Under the pieces are notes generated by a model, which made no database searches, was not told the DNA's origin, and was given only the letters and a program-made list of their open reading frames with translations. This document shows, in pieces, positions 10,131-22,200 of a stretch of 64,000 nucleotides of DNA. Position numbers and translations under genes: made by a program. Every line of letters begins with the position of its first letter. Position 1 is the first letter of the stretch. The DNA is from Euprymna scolopes. Taxonomy: Eukaryota. Location: NCBI GenBank assembly GCA_053919585.1, contig CM132788.1. One strand, written 5' to 3'.

Positions 10131-11629
10131 ATGTATGGACGAAAAGTAGTGGTACTATTGGCGGCCTTAGCAGTAGCAAGTATGTGGGAGCAGAGCCGGA
10201 ATACCGTGTTTAAAAAGACCAGTGAAGTAGTGATCACCAGATCAAGGTGGTTGGTCACGCTAGTGATAGACCTGCAGCCGTATAGAGTGGTGATCGAGCG
10301 GTTGAGTGAACAAGCAGCCAAATTGACCAAGATCGAGAGCCAAATAATCCAAGAATATAGGGGTCGTAGCGAGTACGTGCAGTTACTGGCCTCCCTGAGG
10401 AGGGAGACCATCGTAATGGAGGCTCAGTGGGAGGATATGCGGTTCTACCTAAAGGAGGTAGAGTTGCTCCGAACGAAACCGAAGAGATCGGTGCTGCCGA
10501 TAGTGGGAAAGGCCCTCCATGTATTGTTTGGGACGGTATCCGAGAGTGATGTAAGGATCATTCGGAGGAGATTGGAACAGGTCGAGAAGGACCAGGGGGT
10601 GTTGTCACATGTAGCCGAAGAGAGCATATCGATCCTAAATGTTACCAGGTTAGAACTGGCCAAGAACAGGGCCAGCATAGGGAGGCTGTTTTCCCAGATT
10701 CGAGGATTCAAGGAAGAGGTAGCGAATATAACCCAGCTGATATCCACGGAATTACGAGAGTTGGATGGTTTTGTGCAGAGGTACCTGCAATTGTTGGCCA
10801 TAACGAACAGGGTCCATCAGACAGGGCGACAGGTAATGATACAATTGGAACACGTGCGGGCGCAGCTGGATATGTTGTCCTTGGGACATTTGTCGCCGAG
10901 TATAGTGGCTCCAGGGAGGTTAAGAGAAGTGCTGTTGGAGATACAGTCGAAGTTGCCCCCCCCCACTTGAGACTGCCGGTAGACCCCACCGAGCGGTTAT
11001 GGAGATACTATAATGCCCTGGGCTGCGTTACACTGTTGGAAGAGGATAGACTCGTTGTACTAGTGTCGATCCCCTTGTTGGACCACGACAGTACTTTCGA
11101 GATATACCAAGTCATGAACCTAGCCATGCCCTACCCCAGAGCAGACCAGAAGCTAGGGGCAGTGGCTAGATATAAGATGGAAACGTTAAACATGGCGAGA
11201 ACAAGATTCATGTTGCTGACCGGTGAGGAAGCCGGCCGATGTAGGGCTGACGCCCTTGGAACGTGTGGGTCAACCAGCCCCATTTATGTAGTGAGTCTAT
11301 ACCGGTTGTGTGTACTAGAGCTGTTTAGAAAAAACGAATCGGGGTTCAAAGAGAGTTGCGAGGTAGAAATCTTAACGAAGGTGACATCACCTTCCGCAGT
11401 GGGGGTGTCCGACGGGATTTGGGCGGTGGTAACCCAAGAGGGAATAGAGTTAACCCGAGTTTGTGACGAGAAGCCCCCGAGAACAGTGAGAGTCGCTGCG
11501 TCATTGTCTGTTATAGAGCTACCCATGGGTTGTGCCGCGCACGGGGCCTCGATTTCCTTGCCCCCGTACTATCAGGCAGAAGAGAGATTCGAAGATAAGG
11601 GGTCCCTTAAGAAGCTAATAGAAACCATT
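10131..11629 (+). pseudogene. env: env of element A, N-terminal part (class I fusion protein, baculovirus F / errantivirus Env-like); frameshift at the C-run near 10960
   Basis: Signal peptide MYGRKVVVLLAALAVA; furin-like RTKPKR followed by fusion-peptide-like SVLPIVGKALHVLFGTVSESD; heptad region; LGHLSPSIV; Cys-rich ectodomain. Confidence 0.88.
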
Positions 11630-12331
11630 TAAAAAAAAAAAATCTTCTGAACGCTATTAAAAGTTAAATTCTTCACTAGTTTGCAATTTGGAGACGGAAG
11701 CGTTGTTGTGATAAGTGATTTTCTCTACTAATTCGCACTTTTTATTTTTAGATTCAAATATTAATAACTACATTTTATTTCAGTATTTAATTTATGTATT
11801 TCTGTTGTATTAAATGCTAGCTTTTTTTTTTTTTTTTTTACTCGTCCATAAATGTTTATCTACCAAGTTGATCTTAAATATTGTATAATCAATCCATTAT
11901 ATTATTTTCAGTCCCCCACCCCTTATTTCTGGCTCCCATCTTATCTCGCAATTACTTATAACGTCACCAACTAACTTCGGAAGAACCCCCCCCCCCATCT
12001 GATTTTCTTTTATATCATAAGTTGCTTAAAACGTGATTAGTTAAAGTTCAGAATAAAATCACGCTTTCTCTTAACGGTTAATTTAAAAAAAAAAAAATCT
12101 TCTGAACGCTATTAAAAGTTAAATTCTTCACTAGTTTACAATTTGGAGACGGAAGCGTTGTTGTGATAAGTGATTTTCTCTACTAATTCGCACTTTTTAT
12201 TTTTAGATTCAAATATTAATAACTACATTTTATTTCAGTATTTAATTTATGTATTTCTGTTGTATTAAATGTTAGTTTGTTTTTTTGTTTTTTTCTCGTC
12301 CATAAATGTTTATTTATCTACTGAGTTGATT
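11627..12331 (+). repeat. Direct repeat of about 250 bp at the LINE 5' end (11627-11873 and 12081-12331)
   Basis: Both start ATTTAAAAAAA...TCTTCTGAACGCTATTAAAAG; period 454 bp. Confidence 0.88.
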
Positions 12332-12499
12332 GCAAAAATAGATTACCTAAATGTACTCATTTTTAGTTCGTGAGAGGGGAATCTATCACCATACTTTCCC
12401 TTAAACACGTCTGTTGACTTTATTAAGTACAATACTTAATAGTTTGTTTTTTTGTTTTTTTTTTAAATGGAGAGTAGAAAACGCATTGTGGATGCGTTA

Positions 12500-12945
12500 T
12501 CGCCAGCTCCTGTTACTCTCGCTTCTTCTTATTTGTCCCTCAGTCCTCATTTTTTAAATGAGTGATTTTTCTGACAAAGGGAAAAGAAAAAGCTGTTTTC
12601 TAGGTTGGCAGTATTTTTGCGCGAACAGTTGGCAGAGTTGGTGGAAATTTTCTGTTTCTATGTCTATCCTTGTAGCCATGTCACTAGTAAGGGTGCTGGA
12701 GGTAAACGTTTTGTCTGGGCTGACGTTATCCGCCTGATAGTCAGGGACCCGAACCTTGGATTAACCACTAAGGAGGCTGTCCTATCAGCAGGTGCAAAGT
12801 ACTGGGGCTGCTGTATTGCCATTTGGTGAATGGAATCTGGACCATGCAGTAGCTTCTGGTGGGGCCTCTCGATACCATACTAGTGGGTAATTGTTACGGC
12901 TTTACCTTATCATGTGCAACAAAAAAAAAAAAAAAAAAAAAAAAA
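12500..12945 (+). repeat. LINE leader segment or SINE-like unit ending in an A-run, also present without the ORF at about 24100-24425
   Basis: Clear gapped identity (CAGTCCTCAT, CTGACAAAGGG, CTGGGCTGACGTTATCC, GTCCTATCAGC, CCATACTAGTGGGTAATTGTTA). Confidence 0.75.
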
Positions 12946-13040
12946 GAAAATTCTTCGTTTCTTTTTCTCTCTTAGTTTCCCCTCTCTGTCCTGCTCTAAG
13001 TAAATCTGTCGACCTAGTCCACAAATTCCAAAATTTCATC

Positions 13041-15956
13041 ATGACAAGTTTCAAGAAAAAATACACGATTAAACCCGGTTCTCCAACTTCCAACGTAGAC
13101 CCCTACTACCATGTCTCCTTCTCCAACATCAGGGGTCTTCGTTCTAACCTTCCAGAGGTTGAAACCCAATTACAGGAGACTAAACCAGACCTTTTATTTT
13201 TAAGTGAAACTGGCATTGGACAGGCTATTTCTCTAGATGAGTTTGCAATTACAGGATACTCTAACTTAACTTCTAAATCTGACCCCCAAGATCGCCATGG
13301 GCATGGAATATGTGCCTATATTAAAGATAGCTTTCCATGTGGGAGGGACATCTCCAGGGAAGATCCTAACTTACCCTATATGTGCTTCCGGGTTGCTTTA
13401 GCTCACACTACTGCATTTATATTTACTCTCTATCGCCCCCACAACAGCGGAGTTACTATCTTTCAAAGCATATCTGAGAAAATTGACCAAGTCCTTTCTA
13501 CTTATCCTTCAGCTAACATTCACGTATGTGGAGACTTCAATGTTCACAACGTCGAATGGTTGACCCACTCTAACAAGACCGATGATGAGGGGAGGTTCTG
13601 TCATGATTTCTCCATTGCCTATGACCTCACTCAGATTGTTCAGGAACCTACCCGTGTGCCCGATAATGACGGCCAGTATGCGAGTCTACTAGACCTTTTT
13701 CTCACAACTTGCCCTGAACTATGTTCAGTTTCTGTTCTGTCGCCTCTTGGATCTTCCAACCACTCTGTTGTATCAATTAAGATAAAAATGAAATGTAATA
13801 AGTCCCCAGACGTACCTCTTCATTGTACAGTATATCGATACACTAAGGCTGACTGGGATATCTTCCGTACATTTATATCTGATCTACCTCTGCATTCCAT
13901 GTTTAAAAAGGATGTGTCCTCTATAGTATTAGACCTGACTGAATGGTTAATTGTAGGTATTGACCATTTCATACCCTCTAAAAAGTTTCAGCAAAAACCT
14001 AACAGCCAGCCATGGTTCTCTCCAGAATGTGCTGCTGCCATTGCGCACAGAAATCACTTTTTCCACTGCTTCAAACGTAATAGATGTATGGAAACTAAAG
14101 CCATTTTCAGGACTGCCAGCAACCATTGTAAGAAAGTAATAAGGAACGCAAGAGAGTTGTATGCTCAATCTGTTAAGTCCAAAGTAGCTGAGCAGTGGCT
14201 TGTTTCCCACCAGTTTTGGCAAATAGCAAACAGAATCCTGAACAGAAGCGTGTGCTCCATCCCAACTATTATCAATGGACCTGAAGTAATCTCGTCAGCA
14301 TCAGACAAAGCCAAACTCTTTGTCAAGAACTTTGCAGCTAATTCTACCCTTTGCGACCAAGACCGCCAACCCCCAATATTTCCTCCTGTATCAGAAAACA
14401 CACTATGTGATATACGTATATCTGTACGTGATGTTGCGAAGCTAATCAAAAACCTTGATTCGAGTAAAGCAACTGGCCCTGATGGTATTCCAATTATAGT
14501 ACTCAAAAAACTTCAACCTGAACTAGCGCCCATACTTACAAAACTGTTTAAACGTTGTCTTAAGGAGAATAGTTTCCCATCTCCCTGGAAAATCTCATCA
14601 GTATGCCCTGTATTTAAGAATTCAGGTGATCGCTCATCCCCCTCTCAGTACAGGCCAATAAGTCTCCTGTGCGTCATGAGTAAGTTGCTAGAATCTGTGT
14701 TAAATACAGAAGTAATCAAACATCTCAACAAAAATAACCTTCTTAGTGACACTCAATATGGTTTCCGTTCTGCTAGATCTACAGCAGATGTGTTTACAGT
14801 TATATCGCATAGGATTAGCAAATCTCTTGACGGTGGCAATCTTTCTAGGGCAATTGCTCTTGACATATCTAAAGCCTTTGATAGGGTATGGCATAAAGGT
14901 TTACTTCATAAGATCGCTAGCTATGGTATAGCTGGAAAAGTCTTCTCAATTATTAAATCATTTCTTTCTGATAGGTTCATAAGAGTAGTAGTTGAGGGGC
15001 AAAAATCAGAAGCTCACAGTATTAATGCCGGTGTCCCTCAGGGATCCATCCTGGGCCCAACTCTTTTCCTGATCTACATTAATGATCTTCACAATCATAT
15101 CCTTACATCATTTGTAGACATTTATGCTGACGACACTACCATTTATGGTAGCACATCTAAGACAGTAAACGACCAAGTTCTCTCCAATTCTCTCTCCTCT
15201 GATCTTGAGCACGTAGTACAATGGGGAAAGGAGTGGCTGGTTACTTTTAATGCATCTAAAACCAAGCTTCTCTCTTTACATCATCAACATTCTAATCCAC
15301 ATTTGTCATCAATTGAAATGAATGGCTCTCCTCTTCAGGAGGCCTCAAGTTTTGACAAGCTTCTGGGCTTGACCATTACTCCTGATCTTAAATGGAACAC
15401 GTATATCAAATCTGTTGCCAAGGCCACTGGAAAAATGGTGGGATCTTTCTATCGATCCAGTAGATATCTCACTGCTGATGCTATTCTCTATCTATATAAG
15501 AGCCAGGTACGTCCAAGGATGGAATACTGTTGCCACATCTGGGCAGGAGCTGCTAGAAAGGACTTGTCCTGCCTTGATAGAGTTCAAAATAGACTTCGTA
15601 GCCTCGTAGGAGATGTCCTTTTCTCCTCCTTGCAACCTCTATCTCACAGAAGAGATGTTGCGAGTTTGTCTCTGATGTATCGTTATTTTCATGGAAAGTG
15701 TTCAATTGAGCTTCAATCTATGGTCCCCCCTTGCCAAACTTTCACAAGAAACACTCGTCTAGCTGTAAACACTATCAATAATTTCCCCCACTCTTTATCT
15801 GTTCCTAAACCTAAACGTAGATTCCATGAACAAAGCTTCTTTCTTAGAACTGCACGCCTGTGGAATTGTCTTCCGTTTTCCTGCTTTCCGGCTGACTACA
15901 ATATGGTTGTGTTCAAGTCTAAAGTAAATAAGTTCTTGATGGGCCGTTCCATATAG
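13041..15956 (+). CDS. LINE ORF2-type protein, 971 aa: APE endonuclease + reverse transcriptase
   Basis: SNIRGL, LSET, YRP, GDFN, LDL, SNH; YRPISLL, QYGFR, LDISKAFD, GVPQGSILGP, YADD; no stops. First ATG downstream of the leader A-run is 13041. Confidence 0.95.
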   Translation: MTSFKKKYTIKPGSPTSNVDPYYHVSFSNIRGLRSNLPEVETQLQETKPDLLFLSETGIGQAISLDEFAITGYSNLTSKSDPQDRHGHGICAYIKDSFPCGRDISREDPNLPYMCFRVALAHTTAFIFTLYRPHNSGVTIFQSISEKIDQVLSTYPSANIHVCGDFNVHNVEWLTHSNKTDDEGRFCHDFSIAYDLTQIVQEPTRVPDNDGQYASLLDLFLTTCPELCSVSVLSPLGSSNHSVVSIKIKMKCNKSPDVPLHCTVYRYTKADWDIFRTFISDLPLHSMFKKDVSSIVLDLTEWLIVGIDHFIPSKKFQQKPNSQPWFSPECAAAIAHRNHFFHCFKRNRCMETKAIFRTASNHCKKVIRNARELYAQSVKSKVAEQWLVSHQFWQIANRILNRSVCSIPTIINGPEVISSASDKAKLFVKNFAANSTLCDQDRQPPIFPPVSENTLCDIRISVRDVAKLIKNLDSSKATGPDGIPIIVLKKLQPELAPILTKLFKRCLKENSFPSPWKISSVCPVFKNSGDRSSPSQYRPISLLCVMSKLLESVLNTEVIKHLNKNNLLSDTQYGFRSARSTADVFTVISHRISKSLDGGNLSRAIALDISKAFDRVWHKGLLHKIASYGIAGKVFSIIKSFLSDRFIRVVVEGQKSEAHSINAGVPQGSILGPTLFLIYINDLHNHILTSFVDIYADDTTIYGSTSKTVNDQVLSNSLSSDLEHVVQWGKEWLVTFNASKTKLLSLHHQHSNPHLSSIEMNGSPLQEASSFDKLLGLTITPDLKWNTYIKSVAKATGKMVGSFYRSSRYLTADAILYLYKSQVRPRMEYCCHIWAGAARKDLSCLDRVQNRLRSLVGDVLFSSLQPLSHRRDVASLSLMYRYFHGKCSIELQSMVPPCQTFTRNTRLAVNTINNFPHSLSVPKPKRRFHEQSFFLRTARLWNCLPFSCFPADYNMVVFKSKVNKFLMGRSI

Positions 15957-16073
15957 GTTATTAAATTTGCCAAATTTTTATTACTAATGATTACTATATT
16001 GACCAATTTCTACTGTACACTCTTTAACCCTTATCCTTGAGTGGCCTCTGGGCCTTGATAATGTGGTGATGCC

Positions 16074-16104
<31 letters not shown>

Positions 16105-16109
<5 letters not shown>

Positions 16110-16581
16110 CAGCAGTTGGGTGGAGCTATGGGAACCAATAATAAGGGAATTCCCGAATATTACCTTACAGAAGATGCCCAAAGTGTTGGGACCGATCGAA
16201 AAAATCAGTCTAGAGAAATTGAGGTTTAAATTAAGCCGAGTCGGTAGGGAAGAGTCAGGGGGGAGACCAGAAGTGGTTGGAAAAATAGCTTGGCCGATCA
16301 TGAGTATTCTAATGGTAGTGATAGTTTTAGCCGTTTTGGTAAGGTATCTATGGGGAGGATGGAGGAGATTACGTGATGGTAACCCGCCGACGACAACGCA
16401 CCAGAGCGGAGCGGGGATACCAATGAGCGCCCTTTCTCGGGGCGTGGAAGAAGAGCCTGAGTTGCGGCTATCAGAGAATCAAGCCGAGGACCTGGTAAAC
16501 CAGATCCGCGTTGAGGAGGAACCCAAGCCGGCAGTGAGACCCTCAAAAATCGTCCAGCGACCCAGGACGGAAAGGAAGTAA
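16105..16581 (+). pseudogene. env: env of element A, C-terminal part with TM anchor and cytoplasmic tail
   Basis: WVELWEPIIRE matches SLWDPLIRK of env B; TM IAWPIMSILMVVIVLAVLV followed by basic RYLWGGWRRLR. Confidence 0.85.
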
Positions 16582-17322
16582 GAGAGACAGGGAAATCTAT
16601 ATCCCCAGGTGATTTTGTGACATAAACTGTACATGGCTTCTTATGTGAAGAGAGGGAGAGGGGACCACCGGAGGATTCCTTGTGTGTGTGTTTTTTTTTT
16701 CTCTTTTCTTTATTGGATTTTGGGTACCTCACTGAAAAAAAAAAAAGAGAAGATCCTTCCTTTACCGCACGCTAACTATTGAGTAATTCAAGGAAAAAAT
16801 GATTTTTTTTTTTTGTTTTGGTTGTTATATTTTTTTTTTTTTTGCTTGCATGCTTCGGATTAAAGAACGATTTCGCGAGACAAAGAAGGGAAGGAATCTA
16901 TGAATTGAACTTATCAATGTTGTCCTTATGACACTTAGGAAGAGGAAGGGAAAATGGACTCAACGACCCTACCTTATCAATTGCATGCTAACTGTTGAGT
17001 CGCTATGAACTCTTTGTTTTTTAATTGTTTTGAACAAAAATGCAGACGAAATGAGATGAAAAAGAAATTTGCAAAATTTTCGAGACGAACAATTTTATGC
17101 ATATCAGATGGACCGTTAATCCAAGAACATTTTTTTTTTCTCTTTCTCTTTCTATTTTATTTTGTTTGGTTCGTCCTATTTTATTAATTATCTTTTTTTG
17201 CATGCTGAAAGAGAAGAAAGATTTTTTTTTCCCTCGTCGGGTTCTCAACTGTGATAAAAAAACGGGGGAATGGAATGCAACCCACACGCCTACCTACATC
17301 CATATACGACCCACACTGGTTC

Positions 17323-17346
17323 GGAGCAGAAGCTAGAGGCAGGGGA
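17323..17346 (+). promoter_or_regulatory. Purine-rich tract (putative PPT) of element A
   Basis: GGAGCAGAAGCTAGAGGCAGGGGA just before the 3' LTR. Confidence 0.5.
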
Positions 17347-17352
17347 CGTGCG

Positions 17353-18456
17353 TGTAATTGATGACAATGACACGAAAAACAGCGACACCGGATAACCTTG
17401 CTTCCTAGGTTGAGGGTGAGTGGGATGGAGCTAGGCGAGAGATCTCAGTCCCATCTCGTGAGAAACCAACGAATTGTCATTGGGTGGCAAGTAAATTATT
17501 TGGAGTTCAAAAGGGCCAGATTAAAGATAAGCCAGATGTCGGGTTGGCGAGGAAAACGCAAGGAGGTCTGGGAAGGGTCGACGAGTAAAGTCGACGATCC
17601 GAGTGTAAATGATAACATGATTCACTTAAACCAACAAGTTGGAGGTGATGAGAGAGAAAGAACAAACCCCGAAAACAATTGAATTAGTCATTCTAATTTT
17701 AATGGAACAAATTGGTTAAATGCCTAGACAGATAACTAATTCTCGGAATTGAATCGAGAGGGGGTCGGTTGGGAAGGAGAGAGAGAGAGAGAGGGAGAGA
17801 GAGAAAGAATTATGATTACCCATCGAATAGAGAGATTGGGTCGACTACAGAAGGAAGGGGAGGATGACGTTTAATAAAACTACTGCGGAAATAGACGACA
17901 AGAGAGAATCGGACAGTCTGTCGAACAGAGAAGTTGGGAAGCCACGCGTGCCGCTAGCCTCTTCTAATTGAGATGAAGAGAACTAACAAGACGGCCACTT
18001 AGAGTTTTTGTTTAAATACACTGTGGGGGTTGCATTCCAAGCCTGACGAAAGTATAAGTGACGAGCCGAGCCTTAATGTATACCGAATCACTAAATGAAC
18101 AGCCTAAAACTATCCTCATCGATGTTGATTGTTTCCATTTATACTTGTGAAAACTGCCCTTCGATTTCAGCATAACCAAACTTGACTTTCCAGCCGTCGC
18201 AGACAGAGAGAGACGACCACCAACGAGAAGACGATCACGACAGAAATTACCAATAATTCCCGATTGGGCGTTACAACACTAGACGGCCAGATACCAACGT
18301 CCAATTCGGAGAGACTCAGTAGCAGAGGGAGAGAGACGGATGCTTGTGCGGGGTCCGAGGCTCGAAGGAGCGAAAATATAGCCAACCGTCCTTAGGGTTA
18401 GTGCGCGCCGTTTTTCACCGTGTGCACGCGACCCCTGCGAGGGAGAAAGGGTTATA
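17353..18456 (+). repeat. 3' LTR of element A
   Basis: Aligns to the 5' LTR from 17382; begins TGTAAT with a divergent first 29 nt; ends GGGTTATA. Confidence 0.92.
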
Positions 18457-18575
18457 CACACACAATACTGAAACTCGGAATACACATTTAATACTTTACA
18501 AATGTATCATTATTTTAATGTTCTCTGGCAGCATAATGTTTCTTGTCTAGTATGGAAAACTCATAAAACATTAAA

Positions 18576-19199
18576 TTTTTTTTTTACACCACTTATCAAG
18601 GCCCAAGAGCCACTCGGGGATAAGGGTTACAGTAATCAATGGGATAGTGTAGTAATAGTATTGGAGAATTGATAAAGTGTCATTAGGGGCGGTTCATCCG
18701 GAATTTGTTTATGTTGGACTTGAAGACATCCAGGTTGAAGTCGGGAGGGAAACAGGCAAGCGGAACAGAGTTCCACAGGCGTGCAGTTCTAAGAAAGAAG
18801 CTTTGTTCATGGAATCTACGTTTTGATTTAGGCACAGATAAGGAGTGGGGGAAATTATTGACGGAGGTTTCAGCTAGTCTGGTGGTTTTTGAAAAAGATT
18901 GGCGAGAGAGGACCAGAGAATCGAGCTCAGACGAGCACTTGCCATGGAAATAACGATAGAACAAAGATAGGCTCGCAACGTCTCTTCTGTGGGAAAGAGG
19001 TTGTACTCTGTCAAGGCAGGATAGGCTGTTTTTAGCAGCTCCTGCCCAGATGTAGCAGCAGTACTCCATCCTTGGATGTACTTGGCCTTTATATAGATAG
19101 AGAATTGCATCATTAGTGAGATATCTTCTGGAGCGGTAGAAGGATCCCACCATTTTCCCAGCGACCTTGGCCACAGACTTGATGTATGTGTTCCATTTA
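18576..19199 (-). mobile_element. 5'-truncated LINE copy (3' end of RT ORF, 3' UTR, poly-A), related to the intact LINE
   Basis: ORF 18683-19174 is highly similar to the C-terminus of 13041-15956; same 3' tail (CCCTTATCC..GAGTGGC..TGGGCCTTGATAA). Confidence 0.92.
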
Positions 19200-19249
19200 T
19201 TATAACCGAACCATAAAAAAATAAAAACCTGTTCAATCTAGAAAACTGA

Positions 19250-22200
19250 ACATTACATATGATAAATGGTATATATGATAATATATACCATTTATCATAT
19301 GTACTTCGGTAATCTTATTGCACACTGTGTTTTCTCAAAACAGAAACAAATTGAAGATATTGTTTGCTCTGTCTGTTTAAGTAAAAGATGTTTTTCATTA
19401 AATATGATTTTTTTTGTTTCATTTAAAGTGATAAATTTTTATATGTCATATGATAATTTTTTATATCTCATAAAATATGAAATTACTTTATATTTCATTA
19501 AAAGTGATAATTTTGTGTATTTAATAAAAAGTGACATTTTTTATATCTCATTAGAAGTGATATTTTTTTCTTTTTTTACAACTGATATTTTTTTTCTTTT
19601 TTTACAAGTGATAATTTTTTTAGATTTAATTATAAGTGACAAATTTTAATTTCCAAATTTTATTTTTATTAAAAGTTTTACTTTTCAAAAACTTTTACTT
19701 TTCAATTTAAGTAAATTTTTTACTTTTATAATTTTACTTTTCTAATTTTAGAAAGTTCTAATTTTACTTTTCTAATTTTATTAAATAAAAAAGTATTTCA
19801 AATTTTATTTTCATTAAAAGTGATCATTTTTATGCAATATAAACAGTGATTGAAAGTGAAAATTTTTACATTTAATAATTTTTTAAAATAATTTTTTCAT
19901 TAAAAGTGATATTTTTTAATATTTCATTAAAACTGATATTTTTTTTATATTTCATGAAAAGTAATGATTTTTTATATTTCATTAAAAGGTATGATTTTTT
20001 TTATTTCAGTGATAATTTTTATATTTCATTAAAAGTTATTATTATTATTATATTTCATTTAAAGTAATAATTTTTTTATATTTCATTATATTTCATTAAA
20101 AGTTCTAATATTTCATTAAAATTTATAATTTTTATATTTCATAAAAAAGTAATAATTTTTATATTTCATTGAAAGTAAAACATTTTATATTACATTAATA
20201 GTGATAATTTTTTATATTTCATTTAAAGTAGTAATGTTTTTATATTTCATTAAAAATTAAAATTCATGAAAAGTGATTAATTTGTTTATTTCATTAAAAG
20301 TGTTGCTTATTGCATTGTTTAAAGTGATAAATTTTATAAATTCATCAAAATTTAAAAAACATAAAATAATTTAATTAAAATGTGATAATTTCTTATTTCA
20401 TTAAAAATGACAATTTTTTATATCTGATTAAAAGTGATAATTTTTTTATATTTACTTTAAAGTACCAATTTTTCATATTTAAATAAAAGTGAAATCTTTT
20501 TTATATCTCATTAAAAATGTTAATTTTTTATATTTTATCATAAATGGTAAAATTTTTATTCAATTGAAATGATATTTTTTTTATATTTCGTAAAAAGTGA
20601 TAATTTTTTTTATTTAATAAAAAGTGATAAGATTTTGTATTTAATATTAAAAATTATAACTTTTAATGAAATAAAATATAAATATAATAAATTTCATGAA
20701 ATAAAATATAAATATAATATTTTTTAATTAAATTAAAAAATCACTGTAAATTAATACATAAATAAATACATAAATAAATTTTAATTACATTAAATAAAAT
20801 CACTGTAAATACAATATAATATATTATTATATATTATATTTTATTTACAGTAATTTTTATCTTTAATGAAAGATGTCAATCTTTAATGATAGTGATAATG
20901 TTTATATGTCAATCTTTAATGAAAGTGATAATGTTTATATTTCATATAAATTAGTAGTTTTTTTTATTTTATTAAAAATGAATTTTTAAAAATATGTTAT
21001 TACAAATTATAATTATTCATATTTTATTAAAAAATTAATTTTTTATAGTTAATTTAAAGTTAAAATTTTTATATTTCGTTAAAAGTGACAAATTTTTTAT
21101 ATTACATAAAACTTAATAATTTTTTATATTTCATTAAGTGATGAATTTTTTATCTCATTAAAAGGGGTGATTTTTTATTTCATTTAAAGTGATAACTTTT
21201 TAATTTTCAATAAAAGTGACAATTAAATAATCATTAAAAAAGAAAAAATTTATATTTCGTTAAATATGATAATTTCTTATTTCATTTAAAGTCATAATTT
21301 TTTTTATATTCGATTACATGCGATCGCTTTTTATTTTATTAAAAGTGATAATTTTTTTTCTTTTAAAGTGGTAAACTATAAAAAAATGTTTAAAAACATT
21401 TGTTAAAGTGGTAAAAAATTATAAAATTATAAAAAAACTTTTTATAAAAATTAAAAGAAAACTTTTTAAAGTTTACCACTTTAAAAAGTTTTTTTTAATT
21501 TTTATAAAAAGTTTTTTATAATTTTATAATATAATATAAATTATAAAAAACTTTTAAAGTGGTAAAATATAAAAAAATATCAAAAAATGAAAAAAATATT
21601 TCGTTAAAGTGATCATTTTTTATATTTTATTAAAAGTGATAATTTTTTAATCTCATTAAAAGTGGTATTTTTTATTTATTGAAAATGAATTTTTTTATAT
21701 TTTATCAAAAATTATATTTTTTATCTTATTAAAAGTGGCATTTTTTTCATTGAAAGTGATGATTTTTTATATTTCATTAAAAACGATAATTTTATTCGAG
21801 ATGAATAAAATTATCCTTTTAATAAAATAATTAAAAGTGATAATTTTAAAATTAAACTATAATGATAATTTTTTATAATGTAGTAAAAGTAATTTATTAA
21901 ACATGATCATTTTTTAATTTCATTTAAAGTGATAATTTTTTTCATTAAAATCAATAATTTTGTCATATTTCGATTAAACGTGATAATGTTGATATCTTAT
22001 GAAAGCGATAAATATTTTATCTTATTTTATATGATGATTTTTTTATTGCATCAAAATTGATAATTGTGATTAAATTAAAATTGATAAGTGTTTTTATTTA
22101 ATCAAATATGATATTTTTTGTTTCAAAACATTATCACTTTTAATATTTTTCAAAACATCATCACTTTTAATATGTTTCAAAACATTATCAGTTTAAAAGT

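Larger units (their letters stand above)
11630..16104 (+). mobile_element. CR1/L2-group non-LTR retrotransposon (single APE-RT ORF) inserted in env
   Basis: Long leader, intact ORF, short 3' UTR and poly(A) 16079-16106. Removing it restores env in frame (IETI-NSSSWVELWEP). Confidence 0.92.
2884..18456 (+). mobile_element. Ty3/Gypsy LTR retroelement A with env-like ORF (errantivirus-like), full length but decayed, interrupted by a LINE
   Basis: Two about 1.1-kb LTRs, PBS, gag-PR-RT-RH-IN order, env, purine tract. CACAC on both flanks inside a (CA)n tract; empty site at about 62881-62905. Confidence 0.95.

Noticed and set aside
12731-12747. GCCTGATAG match to HCV-type IRES domain IIIe
   Set aside because: Only a 9-nt match; other domains not identifiable by eye.
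12891-13040. N-terminal extension of the 1021-aa ORF
   Set aside because: Runs through a poly(A) tract; ATG 13041 just before the APE domain is the more plausible start.
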